NCBI GenBank assembly: GCA_910577335.1
Contig: CAJTMJ010000016.1
Location: forward strand, 15,842-79,841
Reading direction: 5' to 3'
Source: an uncultured Duncaniella sp.
GTDB taxonomy: Bacteria; Bacteroidota; Bacteroidia; Bacteroidales; Muribaculaceae
Length of the DNA: 64,000 bases
The notes beneath the pieces were generated by a model, which was not told the origin of the DNA, made no database searches, and saw nothing but the letters and a program-made list of their open reading frames with translations. Both the position numbers and the translations under genes were made by a program. This document shows positions 18,760 through 29,900 of the stretch, in pieces; position 1 is the first letter of the stretch, and each line of letters begins with the position of its first letter.

Positions 18760-20832
18760 ATGAAAAAATATTTTATAGGATTGCTTGCTATGGCTGCTTC
18801 CATGCAGCTCAGTGCTGAATATCTCTTTGATACACCTCTTTATGGTGCGGCATATTATCATGAATATATGCCATACGAACGTCTTGACAAGGACATTGCC
18901 ATGATGAAGGAGGCTGGACTTAATGTCGTGCGTGTCGGAGAGTCATCGTGGGGTCTGTTTGAGCCTCAGGAAGGGAAATTCAATTTTGAGTGGATGGATA
19001 CCATCTTGGATAAGTTTCATGCCGCAGGTATCAAGGTAATACTCGGCACACCCACTTATTCCATCCCCGCATGGCTTGCGCATAAGCATCCCGAGGTATT
19101 GTCAGACAAAATGAATGGCGAGAAGTCGCATTATGGAATCCGTCAGAATATGGATTTTACTAATCCGACATATATGTTCTACAGCGAGCGTATAATTCGC
19201 AAAATGATGGAGCGTTATGCCAAACATCCTGCCGTAATAGGCTATCAGGTCGATAACGAACTTGAATCAAGAGGTGTCAACAACCGTGATTACTTTATCG
19301 GCTTCCGTAATTATATAAAGGATAAGTTTGGCGGCGACCTTAATCTCCTGACAAAAGAGTGGGGGATGAACTATTGGGGAATGAATATAAATAGCTGGGA
19401 GGAATTTTACGAACGTGATGGCGTCACCAATCCTTCATATAAGAATGAGTGGGAACGCTATAACCGTAAAAGGATTGCTGAATTTTTGAATTGGCAGTGC
19501 GATATTGTGAACGAATACAAGCGCCCCGACCAGTTCGTGACACATTGCTTCATGCCGGCGTTTCATAATGTGGATCAGGTGGAGTCATTCAAGCAGATGA
19601 CCTATCCCGCAATCAATGTATATCACGGTGTGCAGGACGGACAGGACGGACAAATGATAGCTTACGCCGGTGACTATATGAGAACTGTGGCTGGCAATAA
19701 CTATCTCATCACAGAGACCAACGCTCAGGGTACCGGCTGGGATTCAAAGAGCCAATATCCCCCTTATGACAACCAATTGCGTCAGAATGTGTATTCCCAT
19801 TACGCTGCCGGAGCCAACATGGTGGAGTATTGGCATTGGGCTACTCTTCATTACGGACAGGAAACATATTGGCGCGGGGTGATAGGTCATGACCTTGAAC
19901 CCAACAGGGTCTATAAGGAATTTCAGCGTACTGCCGGTGAGCTTTCAAAAATCGGCAAGGATATTGTTAATCTGAAGAAGGATAATAAGGTAGCCATACT
20001 CTATAGCCATGATTCGCATCATGCTCTCGAATTTATGCCTTATTCTAATGGAGGCGGTTATCCTACCACTGCCAACTATCCCGTGCATCTCGCTCACAGA
20101 GCTCTTTATACTCAGAACATAGAGACAGATATTGTACCCTGTGATAAAATGAGAGATTTCAGCAAGTATTCTATGCTTGTCATACCTCCGCTCTATGTGG
20201 CTGACGACAGTTTGCTTATGGCTATTGATAAGTTTGTTCATGACGGCGGCACAGTTGTGATGATGCATAAGAGCGCTTATTGCAATGAACATTCCGCAGT
20301 TCGTCCTGTGTGTGCTCCCGGTCCGTTGCGTAAGGCTTGCGGATTCTATTATCAGGAATACTCCACCATTCACGATATGAAGCTTCGTGACAATGCGTTC
20401 GGATTAGGTGACAATAACAGTATCGGCACATGGTATGAATTCCTTGTCCCGGAGACCGCTAAACCTCTTGCTTATGCCGACCATCCTTTCTTTGGTCAAT
20501 GGCCCGCTATTACTGAAAATAATTATGGTAAAGGTAAACTCTACTATATAGGCACATATCCCTCTCAGGCATTGATCGATAAGATTGTAAGGCTCGCAGC
20601 CGTCGAAAAGGGTCTGATAGCTGACGATGAGTATCGTTTCCCGGTGATTATGCGCTCAGGTGTCAATGGTAAGGGCAAGGAGATTAACTATCTCTTCAAT
20701 TATAGCAGCTCTCCGGTCACTGTGGAGCATCGCCGTGCGGCATCAGTTGATCTGCTTACCGGTAAGACCGTTAACCAAGGTGACAGCATAACAGTGGGTC
20801 CGTGGGATGTCGCTATATTGCGTAAAAAGTAG
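18760..20832 (+). CDS. Glycoside hydrolase family 42 beta-galactosidase
   Basis: 690-aa ORF with a signal peptide. It has GH42-like VRVGESSWGLFEPQEGKFNFEWMD and VDNELE motifs. Confidence 0.88.
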   Translation: MKKYFIGLLAMAASMQLSAEYLFDTPLYGAAYYHEYMPYERLDKDIAMMKEAGLNVVRVGESSWGLFEPQEGKFNFEWMDTILDKFHAAGIKVILGTPTYSIPAWLAHKHPEVLSDKMNGEKSHYGIRQNMDFTNPTYMFYSERIIRKMMERYAKHPAVIGYQVDNELESRGVNNRDYFIGFRNYIKDKFGGDLNLLTKEWGMNYWGMNINSWEEFYERDGVTNPSYKNEWERYNRKRIAEFLNWQCDIVNEYKRPDQFVTHCFMPAFHNVDQVESFKQMTYPAINVYHGVQDGQDGQMIAYAGDYMRTVAGNNYLITETNAQGTGWDSKSQYPPYDNQLRQNVYSHYAAGANMVEYWHWATLHYGQETYWRGVIGHDLEPNRVYKEFQRTAGELSKIGKDIVNLKKDNKVAILYSHDSHHALEFMPYSNGGGYPTTANYPVHLAHRALYTQNIETDIVPCDKMRDFSKYSMLVIPPLYVADDSLLMAIDKFVHDGGTVVMMHKSAYCNEHSAVRPVCAPGPLRKACGFYYQEYSTIHDMKLRDNAFGLGDNNSIGTWYEFLVPETAKPLAYADHPFFGQWPAITENNYGKGKLYYIGTYPSQALIDKIVRLAAVEKGLIADDEYRFPVIMRSGVNGKGKEINYLFNYSSSPVTVEHRRAASVDLLTGKTVNQGDSITVGPWDVAILRKK

Positions 20833-20857
20833 CAACTGATAATACCTGTATAGCAAA

Positions 20858-23608
20858 ATGAAGCATCGTATTTCAGCGATAATAATAACTCTGTTCGCAG
20901 GTGTGTTGGCGGTGTTTGCCGGCAACATACCTCCGCAGACCGTGAGGCATTATCTGTCGGGAATTGACAAAGACAGTGATGTCAAATGGGATTTTATGTG
21001 CAGTTCCGGTCGTAACAGCGGAAAATGGGCGCAGATAAAAGTTCCTTCGTGTTGGGAAACTCAAGGCTTCGGCACATATTATTATGGCTGGGAAGAGCCT
21101 AAGGAGTCGGATGAGACCGGATATTACCGCCATAAATTCTTTGCCGATAAGGCTTGGAAAGGTAATGACGTTAGCCTTGTTTTTGAAGGTAGCATGACCG
21201 ATACCGAGGTTAAACTTAATGGTAAGAAGGTCGGTGATACACATGAGGGCGGTTTCTATAGGTTTTCTTATGATCTGTCTGACCGTCTGAACTACGGCAA
21301 GGAAAATCTGCTTGAAGTGAAAGTCCGCAAATGTCCGGCTGACAGTTCGATATATCGTGCCGAACGTCAGACTGACTTTTGGCTTTTCGGAGGTATATAT
21401 CGCCCGGTATATCTTGAGATAAAGCCGTTGCAGCATATAGAATCGCTCGCTGTTGATGCCCGTGCCGACGGCTCACTTGCGGTGTGTCCTGTGGTTTCTC
21501 GGAAAAATCCCGGAAACGTAAGGGTACGTGTTGAAACGCTTGACGGCAAACAGGTATTGGCTACCGTCACAGGAAATGCCGGGGACACGCTGCGCACAAA
21601 GGTAACCGGTGTTAAGCCTTGGACCCAAGAGCATCCGGTGCTTTATCGTGTCGTGGCTGAACTTGTTGGCAAGAATGGTGCGGTAAAGCATCAGGTGGAT
21701 GAAAAAATCGGTTTCCGCACAGTGGAATTTCGTCCCGCCGACGGTTTCTATCTGAACGGATGTCGTATAATATTTAAAGGTGTCAACCGCCACTGTTTCC
21801 ATCCTGAGAGCGGACGAACACTCTCCCGTGACATCTCTCTTGCCGATGCGGAGCTTATAAAGGATATGAATATGAACGCCGTTCGCATGTCTCACTATCC
21901 CCCTGACAAGGATTTCCTTGAGATATGTGACTCTATAGGTCTGCTCGTGATTGACGAACTGTGCAGCTGGCAGAAAAAGTATGATACAGGTGTGGCTCGC
22001 CGTCTTGCAAAATCAGTTGTAGAGCGTGACCGCAATCATCCTTCGATAGTTCTTTGGGCTAACGGTAACGAGGGTGGATGGAACACTGATGTTGATGACG
22101 ACTATAAGCTGTATGATCTCCAGCAACGGTTTGTAATGCATCCTTGGGAACGTTTTCGTGGCACTGACACCAAGCATTATCCAGATTATAATTATGTGGT
22201 GAACTCTGCAATCTATGACAATGATGTTTTCTACCCGACAGAGTTTATGCATGGTGTGTTTGACGGTGGTGCAGCTGCATCGTTGCGTGATTTCTGGGAT
22301 GTGATGATGAAGCATCGTGCTCCGGCAGGAGGATTTATATGGGCGTTGCTCGACGAAGGTCTTGTGCGCTCGGATATGAACGACAGCATCGATTGCCGTT
22401 ATGATCTTGCCCCCGACGGCATAGTCGGTCCGCATCGTGAGAAGGAGGGAAGCTTCTATGCAGTTAAGGATATATGGTCTCCGGTACGTATTGTAAACCG
22501 AGTTCTTACCGAGTCTCCCGAACTTGAGCTGCGTATAGAGAACGATTATATGTTCACCAATTTGTCAGAGTGTGGTTTCAGTTATACGCTGTGTGACATT
22601 TCCAATAATAATAAAGGTGGATTTGAGCAGACAGTAGTGACTGAGGGCAATCTCCCATCGCCTGAAATACTTCCCGGCGAGCGTCGAGAGGTTCGTTTCA
22701 CTCTCCCTGACGGATGGTATAACCATGACCTGATTGCGATTTCTGTCACTGACCCTCACGGTCGGCACATATACACTTATAACAGTCCGCTTGGTAATGA
22801 CCGTTTGCAGAAACGTCTGAAAAATGTCGGAACTCCCGGAGCGGTTGAAATGAGGGAGAATGATACCTTCATCACAATCGTTCAGGACGGTAAGTCATAC
22901 AAATTCAGTAAGGTCACAGGACGATTGGAGGGGATAGACACACCCAAAGGTCATATCTCGCTTCAAGGTTTCCCGGCAATAGCTACCTCCGGCAATAAGT
23001 TTAAGGAACTTGTCTGCTACCGTGATGGCGACACATACGTGGTCGAGCCTCGTTTTGATGACAGGCAATGGATAAAATGGATATTCTCACCGTCCGACGC
23101 TCCGAGGATAGATTACAATTTCTCTGTTGACGGCGAGGTCGATTATATAGGTGTCGGATTTGACTATCCGGAAGAAAAGATCCTTGCTATGGAATGGATT
23201 GGCAACGGTCCTTATCGTGTGTGGAAAAACCGTCTTGACGGTGTTACTTTCGGACGACACTTTAAGGAATACAACAACACTGTCACCGGTGAATCTTGGG
23301 ATTACCCCGAATTCAAGGGCTATCATTCAGATTGCAGGGCTGTCACGGTGAAGACCTCCGAAGGTGATTTTACCCTCGTGCCTTCTCGCTCAGGACTTTT
23401 CTTCCAGATGCTGACTCCGCAAAGCCCGAAGTTTGCCGGAAAGGGACATACAGTGCCTCCATTCCCGAAATCAAGCCTTGGATTCATGTCTGCAATTCCT
23501 GCCATCGGCACGAAATTCCAATCTCCTGCACAACTCGGTCCCTCCGGACAGAAGAATATGCAGCTTAACTATGTGCCATTCAGTGGCAGCATCTATCTTA
23601 TTTTATAA
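20858..23608 (+). CDS. Glycoside hydrolase family 2 (beta-galactosidase-like)
   Basis: 916-aa ORF with a signal peptide. GH2 hallmarks are NAVRMSHYPPD and WANGNEG (acid/base region). Confidence 0.85.
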   Translation: MKHRISAIIITLFAGVLAVFAGNIPPQTVRHYLSGIDKDSDVKWDFMCSSGRNSGKWAQIKVPSCWETQGFGTYYYGWEEPKESDETGYYRHKFFADKAWKGNDVSLVFEGSMTDTEVKLNGKKVGDTHEGGFYRFSYDLSDRLNYGKENLLEVKVRKCPADSSIYRAERQTDFWLFGGIYRPVYLEIKPLQHIESLAVDARADGSLAVCPVVSRKNPGNVRVRVETLDGKQVLATVTGNAGDTLRTKVTGVKPWTQEHPVLYRVVAELVGKNGAVKHQVDEKIGFRTVEFRPADGFYLNGCRIIFKGVNRHCFHPESGRTLSRDISLADAELIKDMNMNAVRMSHYPPDKDFLEICDSIGLLVIDELCSWQKKYDTGVARRLAKSVVERDRNHPSIVLWANGNEGGWNTDVDDDYKLYDLQQRFVMHPWERFRGTDTKHYPDYNYVVNSAIYDNDVFYPTEFMHGVFDGGAAASLRDFWDVMMKHRAPAGGFIWALLDEGLVRSDMNDSIDCRYDLAPDGIVGPHREKEGSFYAVKDIWSPVRIVNRVLTESPELELRIENDYMFTNLSECGFSYTLCDISNNNKGGFEQTVVTEGNLPSPEILPGERREVRFTLPDGWYNHDLIAISVTDPHGRHIYTYNSPLGNDRLQKRLKNVGTPGAVEMRENDTFITIVQDGKSYKFSKVTGRLEGIDTPKGHISLQGFPAIATSGNKFKELVCYRDGDTYVVEPRFDDRQWIKWIFSPSDAPRIDYNFSVDGEVDYIGVGFDYPEEKILAMEWIGNGPYRVWKNRLDGVTFGRHFKEYNNTVTGESWDYPEFKGYHSDCRAVTVKTSEGDFTLVPSRSGLFFQMLTPQSPKFAGKGHTVPPFPKSSLGFMSAIPAIGTKFQSPAQLGPSGQKNMQLNYVPFSGSIYLIL

Positions 23609-23643
23609 AAATCTTAAATCGGATAATCTAAAACCTTAAAACA

Positions 23644-25251
23644 ATGATACAAAACAAACTACGCAGTCTTACTGTGACTATGGCGGCTTTGGCTTGCAGT
23701 GCCACATCTTTCGCACAGCGTGAACCTGCCGAACAGGGAAAATTTTCTCCTACATGGGAGTCTTTGTCGCAATACGAAACACCTGAATGGTTCCGTGATG
23801 CGAAATTTGGTATATGGGCGCACTGGGGTCCCCAATGTCAGCCTGAGACTGGCGACTGGTATGCGCGCGGCATGTATGAGGAAGGCGGTCGAGCTTACAA
23901 GGCACATTTGGAGAAATACGGACATCCGTCGGAATTCGGATTCAAGGATGTGATAAATGAATGGAAAGCCGACAAATGGGATCCTGAAAAGCTTGTTGCA
24001 CTCTATAAAAGGGTAGGTGCGCAATACTTTTTCGCAATGGGTAACCATCATGACAATATGGACCTTTGGGACAGCAAATATCAGAAATGGAATTCTGTAA
24101 ATATGGGTCCCAAAAGAGACATTCTTGCCGAATGGGAAAAGGCTGCCCGCAAGTTCGGTCTTCCTTTCGGTGTAAGTATCCATTCCTCACATGCGTGGAC
24201 TTGGTATGAGACTGCGCAAGGTGCTGATAAGGCTGGTTCTCACGCAGGTATATCATACGATGCCCGAGTGGTGACCAAAGAGGATGGCAAAGGTAAATGG
24301 TGGGAAGGCTATGATCCTCAGGAACTGTATGTTCAGAAACATTCCATCAGTCATGGCTGGACTTGGGACTGGGCTGAGGGTACCTCAGTTCCTTCACAGG
24401 AATATTACGATAATTTCTTCAACCGCACTGTCGATATGATCAATCGTTATAACCCTGACTTGGTATATTTCGATGACAGTGTGCTCCCATTCTGGCCCAT
24501 TGACAATACAGGTCTCGATGTAGTGGCGCATTATTACAACAGAAACATGCGCTTGCACGATGGCAAACTGTCAGCCGTTGTATTCGGTAAGAAACTTCAG
24601 GATAAGCATAAAGAGGCTATCGTATGGGATGTTGAGAAAGGTGTACCCTCTGAGGGACAAGCTAAACCTTGGCAGACATGTACTTGTCTCGGCAACTGGC
24701 ATTACGACCGTTCATGCTATGTTGACAATTGGTATAAGTCAGCCAAAACCGTTGTGCAGATGCTTGTTGACATCGTGAGCAAGAACGGAAACATGCTTCT
24801 CAGTGTCCCCGTCAAAGGTAACGGTACTATTGACGATAAGGAAGAAAAAATCCTTGAGGATATAGCTGCTTGGATGGATGTGAACAAGGAAGGTATTTTC
24901 GGCACACGTCCTTGGGCGGTATATGGCGAAGGTCCCTCTACCGAGACTGTTATACCTCTTGACGGTCCCGGTTTCAACGAGTCAAAAAATGCTCCTTATA
25001 CATCAGCCGACATCCGCTTCGTGGAAAAGAACGGTGCTATTTACGCTCATGTGCTCGAATGGCCCGCTGACGGTAAGGTCGTGATAAAGTCACTTGCAGC
25101 CGGCAATCCGCTTTACAAAGGTAAGATCAAAAAAGTTGAGCTCCTCGGAGCCGGTAAGGTTAGCCATCGCCGTACTTCTGACGGACTTGTGGTCAATCTC
25201 CCTGCCAACAAAAAACCTAATGACATATCACTCGTTCTTAAAATCAGATAA
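23644..25251 (+). CDS. Glycoside hydrolase family 29 alpha-L-fucosidase
   Basis: 535-aa ORF with a signal peptide. The WFRDAKFGIWAHWGPQ motif and overall layout are typical of GH29. Confidence 0.9.
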   Translation: MIQNKLRSLTVTMAALACSATSFAQREPAEQGKFSPTWESLSQYETPEWFRDAKFGIWAHWGPQCQPETGDWYARGMYEEGGRAYKAHLEKYGHPSEFGFKDVINEWKADKWDPEKLVALYKRVGAQYFFAMGNHHDNMDLWDSKYQKWNSVNMGPKRDILAEWEKAARKFGLPFGVSIHSSHAWTWYETAQGADKAGSHAGISYDARVVTKEDGKGKWWEGYDPQELYVQKHSISHGWTWDWAEGTSVPSQEYYDNFFNRTVDMINRYNPDLVYFDDSVLPFWPIDNTGLDVVAHYYNRNMRLHDGKLSAVVFGKKLQDKHKEAIVWDVEKGVPSEGQAKPWQTCTCLGNWHYDRSCYVDNWYKSAKTVVQMLVDIVSKNGNMLLSVPVKGNGTIDDKEEKILEDIAAWMDVNKEGIFGTRPWAVYGEGPSTETVIPLDGPGFNESKNAPYTSADIRFVEKNGAIYAHVLEWPADGKVVIKSLAAGNPLYKGKIKKVELLGAGKVSHRRTSDGLVVNLPANKKPNDISLVLKIR

Positions 25252-25264
25252 TTAAGACGTTACA

Positions 25265-26701
25265 ATGAAAAGCTATATACTCACCGGCGTGGCTATGATG
25301 ATGGCCCTATCGGCAAGTGCCGAGATTGAATTGCCGGATATTTTCAGTGACAATATGGTGCTCCAGCAGCAATCCGATGCCAAACTTTGGGGTTGGAGCA
25401 CTCCGATGTCCACTATTACAGTGAAGCCCGACTGGAGCGATAAATCCTATACCGCCAAGGCTGATGCTTCAGGTCGTTGGGAATTGGCTGTTGCAACCCC
25501 GGAGGCAAGTTACGCTCCGCACACCATCTCATTCAAAGGTGACAACTCGGATATAGAGCTTAAAAACATCCTTATCGGTGAAGTGTGGTTCTGCTCGGGA
25601 CAGTCAAATATGGAAATGCCCTTAAAAGGCTTCTGGTGTCAGCCCGTGGAGAATGGTGGTCGTGCTATAGCATATTCCGGTAAATATCCCGGCATCCGTG
25701 TGGCTACTATCAATCGTTGCGGTGAATATGAACCCCAGTCAAAGGTACCCGGCAAATGGCAGGAAAGCAAGCCTGAGAATGCCGGAGAGTTCTCGGCTGT
25801 GGCTTATTTCTTTGCCCGCTCACTTAACGATATCCTGAATGTGCCCGTGGGTGTCATCAACTGTTCTCTCGGCGGCAGTCAGGCTGAGGGCTGGATGCCT
25901 AAATGGCAGCTCGACAAGTACCCCGATTGCAATGTCGAGAAGGAGAAAGCCACACCTGATTCCGTGCTCCACCTTTGGGAACGAATCAATGTGATGTATA
26001 ACGCCATGCTCCATCCCCTTGCAGGCTACACTGTGAAAGGTTTCCTTTGGAATCAGGGTGAGGCTAATGTCGGCCGTCATGCCACATATCCCTCACGTCT
26101 TGCCGATATGGTAAAGATATGGCGTGATGAGTGGAAGCAGGGTGAGTTACCTTTCTATTTTGTGGAGATTCCGGCATGGAGCTATGGTAATCCCGATGGT
26201 TCAATAGCTGCGTTTTTGCGCGAGGCTCAGCACAAGGCTGCCGAAATTATCCCTAACAGCGGTTGCATCAGCACCACCGACCTTATCTATCCTTATGAGA
26301 TCAATGACATTCATGGCTCTAAAAAGGAGGAGATAGGGGAGAGACTTGCGTTCCTCGCTGCAAATCGCACTTATGACATAAAAGGTATTGACACAGAGTA
26401 CCCCAAATTTAAATCCGTGGATTTCCATGGAAACAAGGCTATAATCCATCTTGACAACATAGAAAACGGTCTTACTCCGAATGCGGAGCTTGACGGATTT
26501 GAAGTTGCCGGTGAGGATAAGGTGTTTTATCCTGCACAGGCAAAAGAGCTTTGGTATAACAGGGCTATCGAGGTGTCATCTGACAAGGTACCTGAGATAA
26601 AGTCTGTACGCTATTGTTTCAAGAACTTCTCGATAGGTAACATTCATAACCTTAAAGGTCTTCCATTGGTTCCATTCCGCACAGATGACTGGGCTGAATA
26701 A
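25265..26701 (+). CDS. Sialate O-acetylesterase-like (SASA/DUF303) carbohydrate esterase
   Basis: 478-aa ORF with a signal peptide. It has the GEVWFCSGQSNME catalytic-Ser motif typical of SASA-family SGNH esterases. Confidence 0.85.
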   Translation: MKSYILTGVAMMMALSASAEIELPDIFSDNMVLQQQSDAKLWGWSTPMSTITVKPDWSDKSYTAKADASGRWELAVATPEASYAPHTISFKGDNSDIELKNILIGEVWFCSGQSNMEMPLKGFWCQPVENGGRAIAYSGKYPGIRVATINRCGEYEPQSKVPGKWQESKPENAGEFSAVAYFFARSLNDILNVPVGVINCSLGGSQAEGWMPKWQLDKYPDCNVEKEKATPDSVLHLWERINVMYNAMLHPLAGYTVKGFLWNQGEANVGRHATYPSRLADMVKIWRDEWKQGELPFYFVEIPAWSYGNPDGSIAAFLREAQHKAAEIIPNSGCISTTDLIYPYEINDIHGSKKEEIGERLAFLAANRTYDIKGIDTEYPKFKSVDFHGNKAIIHLDNIENGLTPNAELDGFEVAGEDKVFYPAQAKELWYNRAIEVSSDKVPEIKSVRYCFKNFSIGNIHNLKGLPLVPFRTDDWAE

Positions 26702-26842
26702 TATGTTTAAAAACACATAATCAAACATATATTCACCTCTGTTAACAAAATTACATCTGTTATACAACAAAAATTAGCCTTATGGTCGTTAGCCATCTTC
26801 GGATAGTTAACAAAAATTAAATCCCGACGGCTGGACTATTGG

Positions 26843-26850
26843 TAATTTTG
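26843..26850 (+). promoter_or_regulatory. Candidate internal -7 box (TAATTTTG) upstream of susC-like gene
   Basis: TAnnTTTG match 56 nt upstream of ATG 26906, inside a 204-bp intergenic gap. Confidence 0.4.
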
Positions 26851-26905
26851 CTGGCGTGAAAAATGTATAGTAACACAATAAATTTAACCTCAAATCTTAT
26901 GAGCA

Positions 26906-29900
26906 ATGAGTAAACTATTTTCGCGAAAACAATTATTTCTTCGCTTCAGCGAGGCAGTGATGATAATATCTCTGTTGCTGCTCCCCGCACTCTCACTCAG
27001 TGCTGCCACCGGACCCAAAATCACCGTTTCGGGTACAGTGACATCCGAATCTGACGGTGAGCCGCTGATTGGTGTCAGTGTGTTGGTAAAGGGCACTAAC
27101 GAAGGTGTCGCCACTGACATTGACGGACATTTCTCTTTAAAGGCGTCAAAAGGCGATGTCCTGATTTTCTCTTACATCGGTTATATGACAACCGAAGTTA
27201 AGATTGAAAACAGTGTCGTTAACGTCGCTCTTAAGGACGACATGTTGAAACTTGATGACGTAGTGGTTATCGGTTATGGTACCATGAAGCGTAGCGACAT
27301 TACCGGTTCTGTGGTATCAGTCGGCGCTGATGACATCAAGAAGACCGTGGTAACCTCGGTCGATCAGGCTCTTCAGGGTCGTGCTGCCGGTGTGCAGGTG
27401 ACTCAGAACTCCGGTTCACCCGGTGGTGGTATCTCGGTCGCTATCCGTGGTACCAACTCTCTTAACGGTAACGAACCTCTTTATGTGATCGACGGTGTGG
27501 CTGTCGATGGTAAGTCATCCGACGGTAAAACCTCAGCCCTCTCTACCGTAAACCCGTCAGACATCGTGTCAATGGAAGTCCTCAAAGATGCGTCAGCAAC
27601 TGCGATCTATGGTTCACGTGCTTCTAACGGTGTCGTTCTCATCACTACAAGGCGCGGTCAAGCCGGTATGACTCGTGTGACCTACGAAGGTTACTACGCT
27701 CTCCAGCAGATTCCCGAACGCCTTAAGACCATGAATCTCCGTCAATATGCGCAGCTCTACAATGAACGTGTCGAGGTGCTCGGTTGGGGCGAACGTCCTG
27801 AATTTGCCGATCCCTCTATCCTTGGTGACGGTACCGACTGGCAGAAAGAGATTTTCAATGATGCCGGCATGTGGAATCATCAGGTGACCATCAGCGGTGG
27901 TAGCGAAGCTACACAGTTCCTTATCAGCGGTAGCTACACTGACCAAGACGGTATCGCTGTAGGTTCAGGCTTTGAACGTTTCACAGCTCGTATAAATGTC
28001 GATACCAAGGTTGCCGATTGGCTTCAGGTCGGTGCGCAGTCCTCACTGTCACGCACCAAGCGCAACAATACAATCGATGACAACAATGTCATCCTCACTG
28101 CGCTCCGCCAGCTTCCCGAAGTGCCTGCCAAGAACCCTGACGGATCTTGGGGCTATCAGGAAAACAACCAGCTCGGTATCTACTACACCAACCCTCTTGC
28201 CGATGCGCTCACCCGTGAGAACTATAACAAGGGTCTTCAGGCTTTGATTAACGCATACGCAACCATTACCTTCATGCCCGGTCTTACCGCCCGTATCGAA
28301 TACGGTGGCTCATTTGACCGTGGTAACTCCTATTATTTCCAGCCTGAGATGAAGCTTGGTCAGTTCAAGCAGACAAGCAAGAGCGAACGCTCTGCTTCAA
28401 ACAGCCGTTACACCAGTTTCAAGCAGTATGTCACCTTTATGAGGGATTTTGGCAGACATAGCGTTAATGTTATGGCTGGTCACGAATCTCAGGAATCAAA
28501 ATGGGAGAATCTTTCTGCCGCTCGTACCGGATACCTCTTTAATAACATCCATGCCATAAACGTTGGTGACCTTAAGACTGCCACAAACGGTAGCGGTAGC
28601 GGTACATTCGCAATCGAATCATACTATGGACGTTTGAACTACAATTTTGACAATCGTTACCTTATCACAGCCACTCTCCGTGCCGATGGTTCTTCAGCAT
28701 TCGGTAAAGACAATCGTTGGGGTTGGTTCCCATCTGCAGCTATCGCATGGCGATTGAAAAACGAGGCTTTCCTCAAGGATGTTATTTGGCTTTCAGATGC
28801 TAAGTTCCGTCTCGGTTGGGGTATCGTAGGTAACCAGAATGCCGGCAACTACGCTTACGGTGCCACTATGGCAACCGTGGCTACTCCATGGGGTACAGGT
28901 TTTTATCCCGGCAAATTTGCCAACAGCAAGTTGAAATGGGAGGAAACCCATTCATATAACGTTGGTCTTGACCTGACTTTATTCAATAATCGTATCGAGT
29001 TCATTTTCGATGCATATCTTAAGAACACCGATAACCTTCTGATGCAGGCGGCTCTTCCGGCTTATATCAGCGGTGCCATTCAGTCTCCTTGGGTAAATAC
29101 CGGTGAGATGCGCAACAAAGGTTTTGAATTCACCCTTAACACTGTGAATATCTCAAATCGTGATTTCTCATGGACCTCAGGTTTGACCTTCTCTCTGAAC
29201 AGAAATAAGGTGCTTGATCTTTACACCGAAAGCACAGGTATTCAGGGTAAGATTGGCAACGATGTGTTCACATATACTACAGTCGGTAACCCCGTGGCAC
29301 AGTTCTATGGCTACAAGGTGATCGGTATGTTCGAGAAAGAGAGCGACTTCTACATGAAGGATGCCAACGGTGACTTTATCCTTGATTCTACCGGTAATCC
29401 CCGCTTCGTGGCGATACCTGAAAATAAGGAGATTGCTGAAGGCACCGGTGTATGGTATGGCGACTACATTTATGAGGATATCAACGGTGACGGTGTTATC
29501 GATGAAAAAGACCGTACATATATAGGTAATCCTGAGCCGAAATTCACATTCGGTTTCAATAACACTATTACATGGAAAGGTCTCGACTTTAACCTCTTCC
29601 TAACCGGTTCGGTTGGAAATGACGGATACAATTATCTCCTGCAAGAGCAGAGCGACCCTGCCAACCGCTGGTCAACACTCGCTTCTGTATGCGATTATGC
29701 AAAACTTGCTCTGATCGATCCCGAAGGCGGTCGTACTCTTCAAAACATGTACGTGTCAAATCCCGGTGCGACAACCTATCGTATCGACCAGTCCGCTTCC
29801 AATCAGAACTCACGTACAAGCAATGTATACGTGGAAGACGCCTCTTATCTGCGCATCAAGAACCTCTCTGTCGGCTACACTCTCCCGGCTTCGTTCACAC

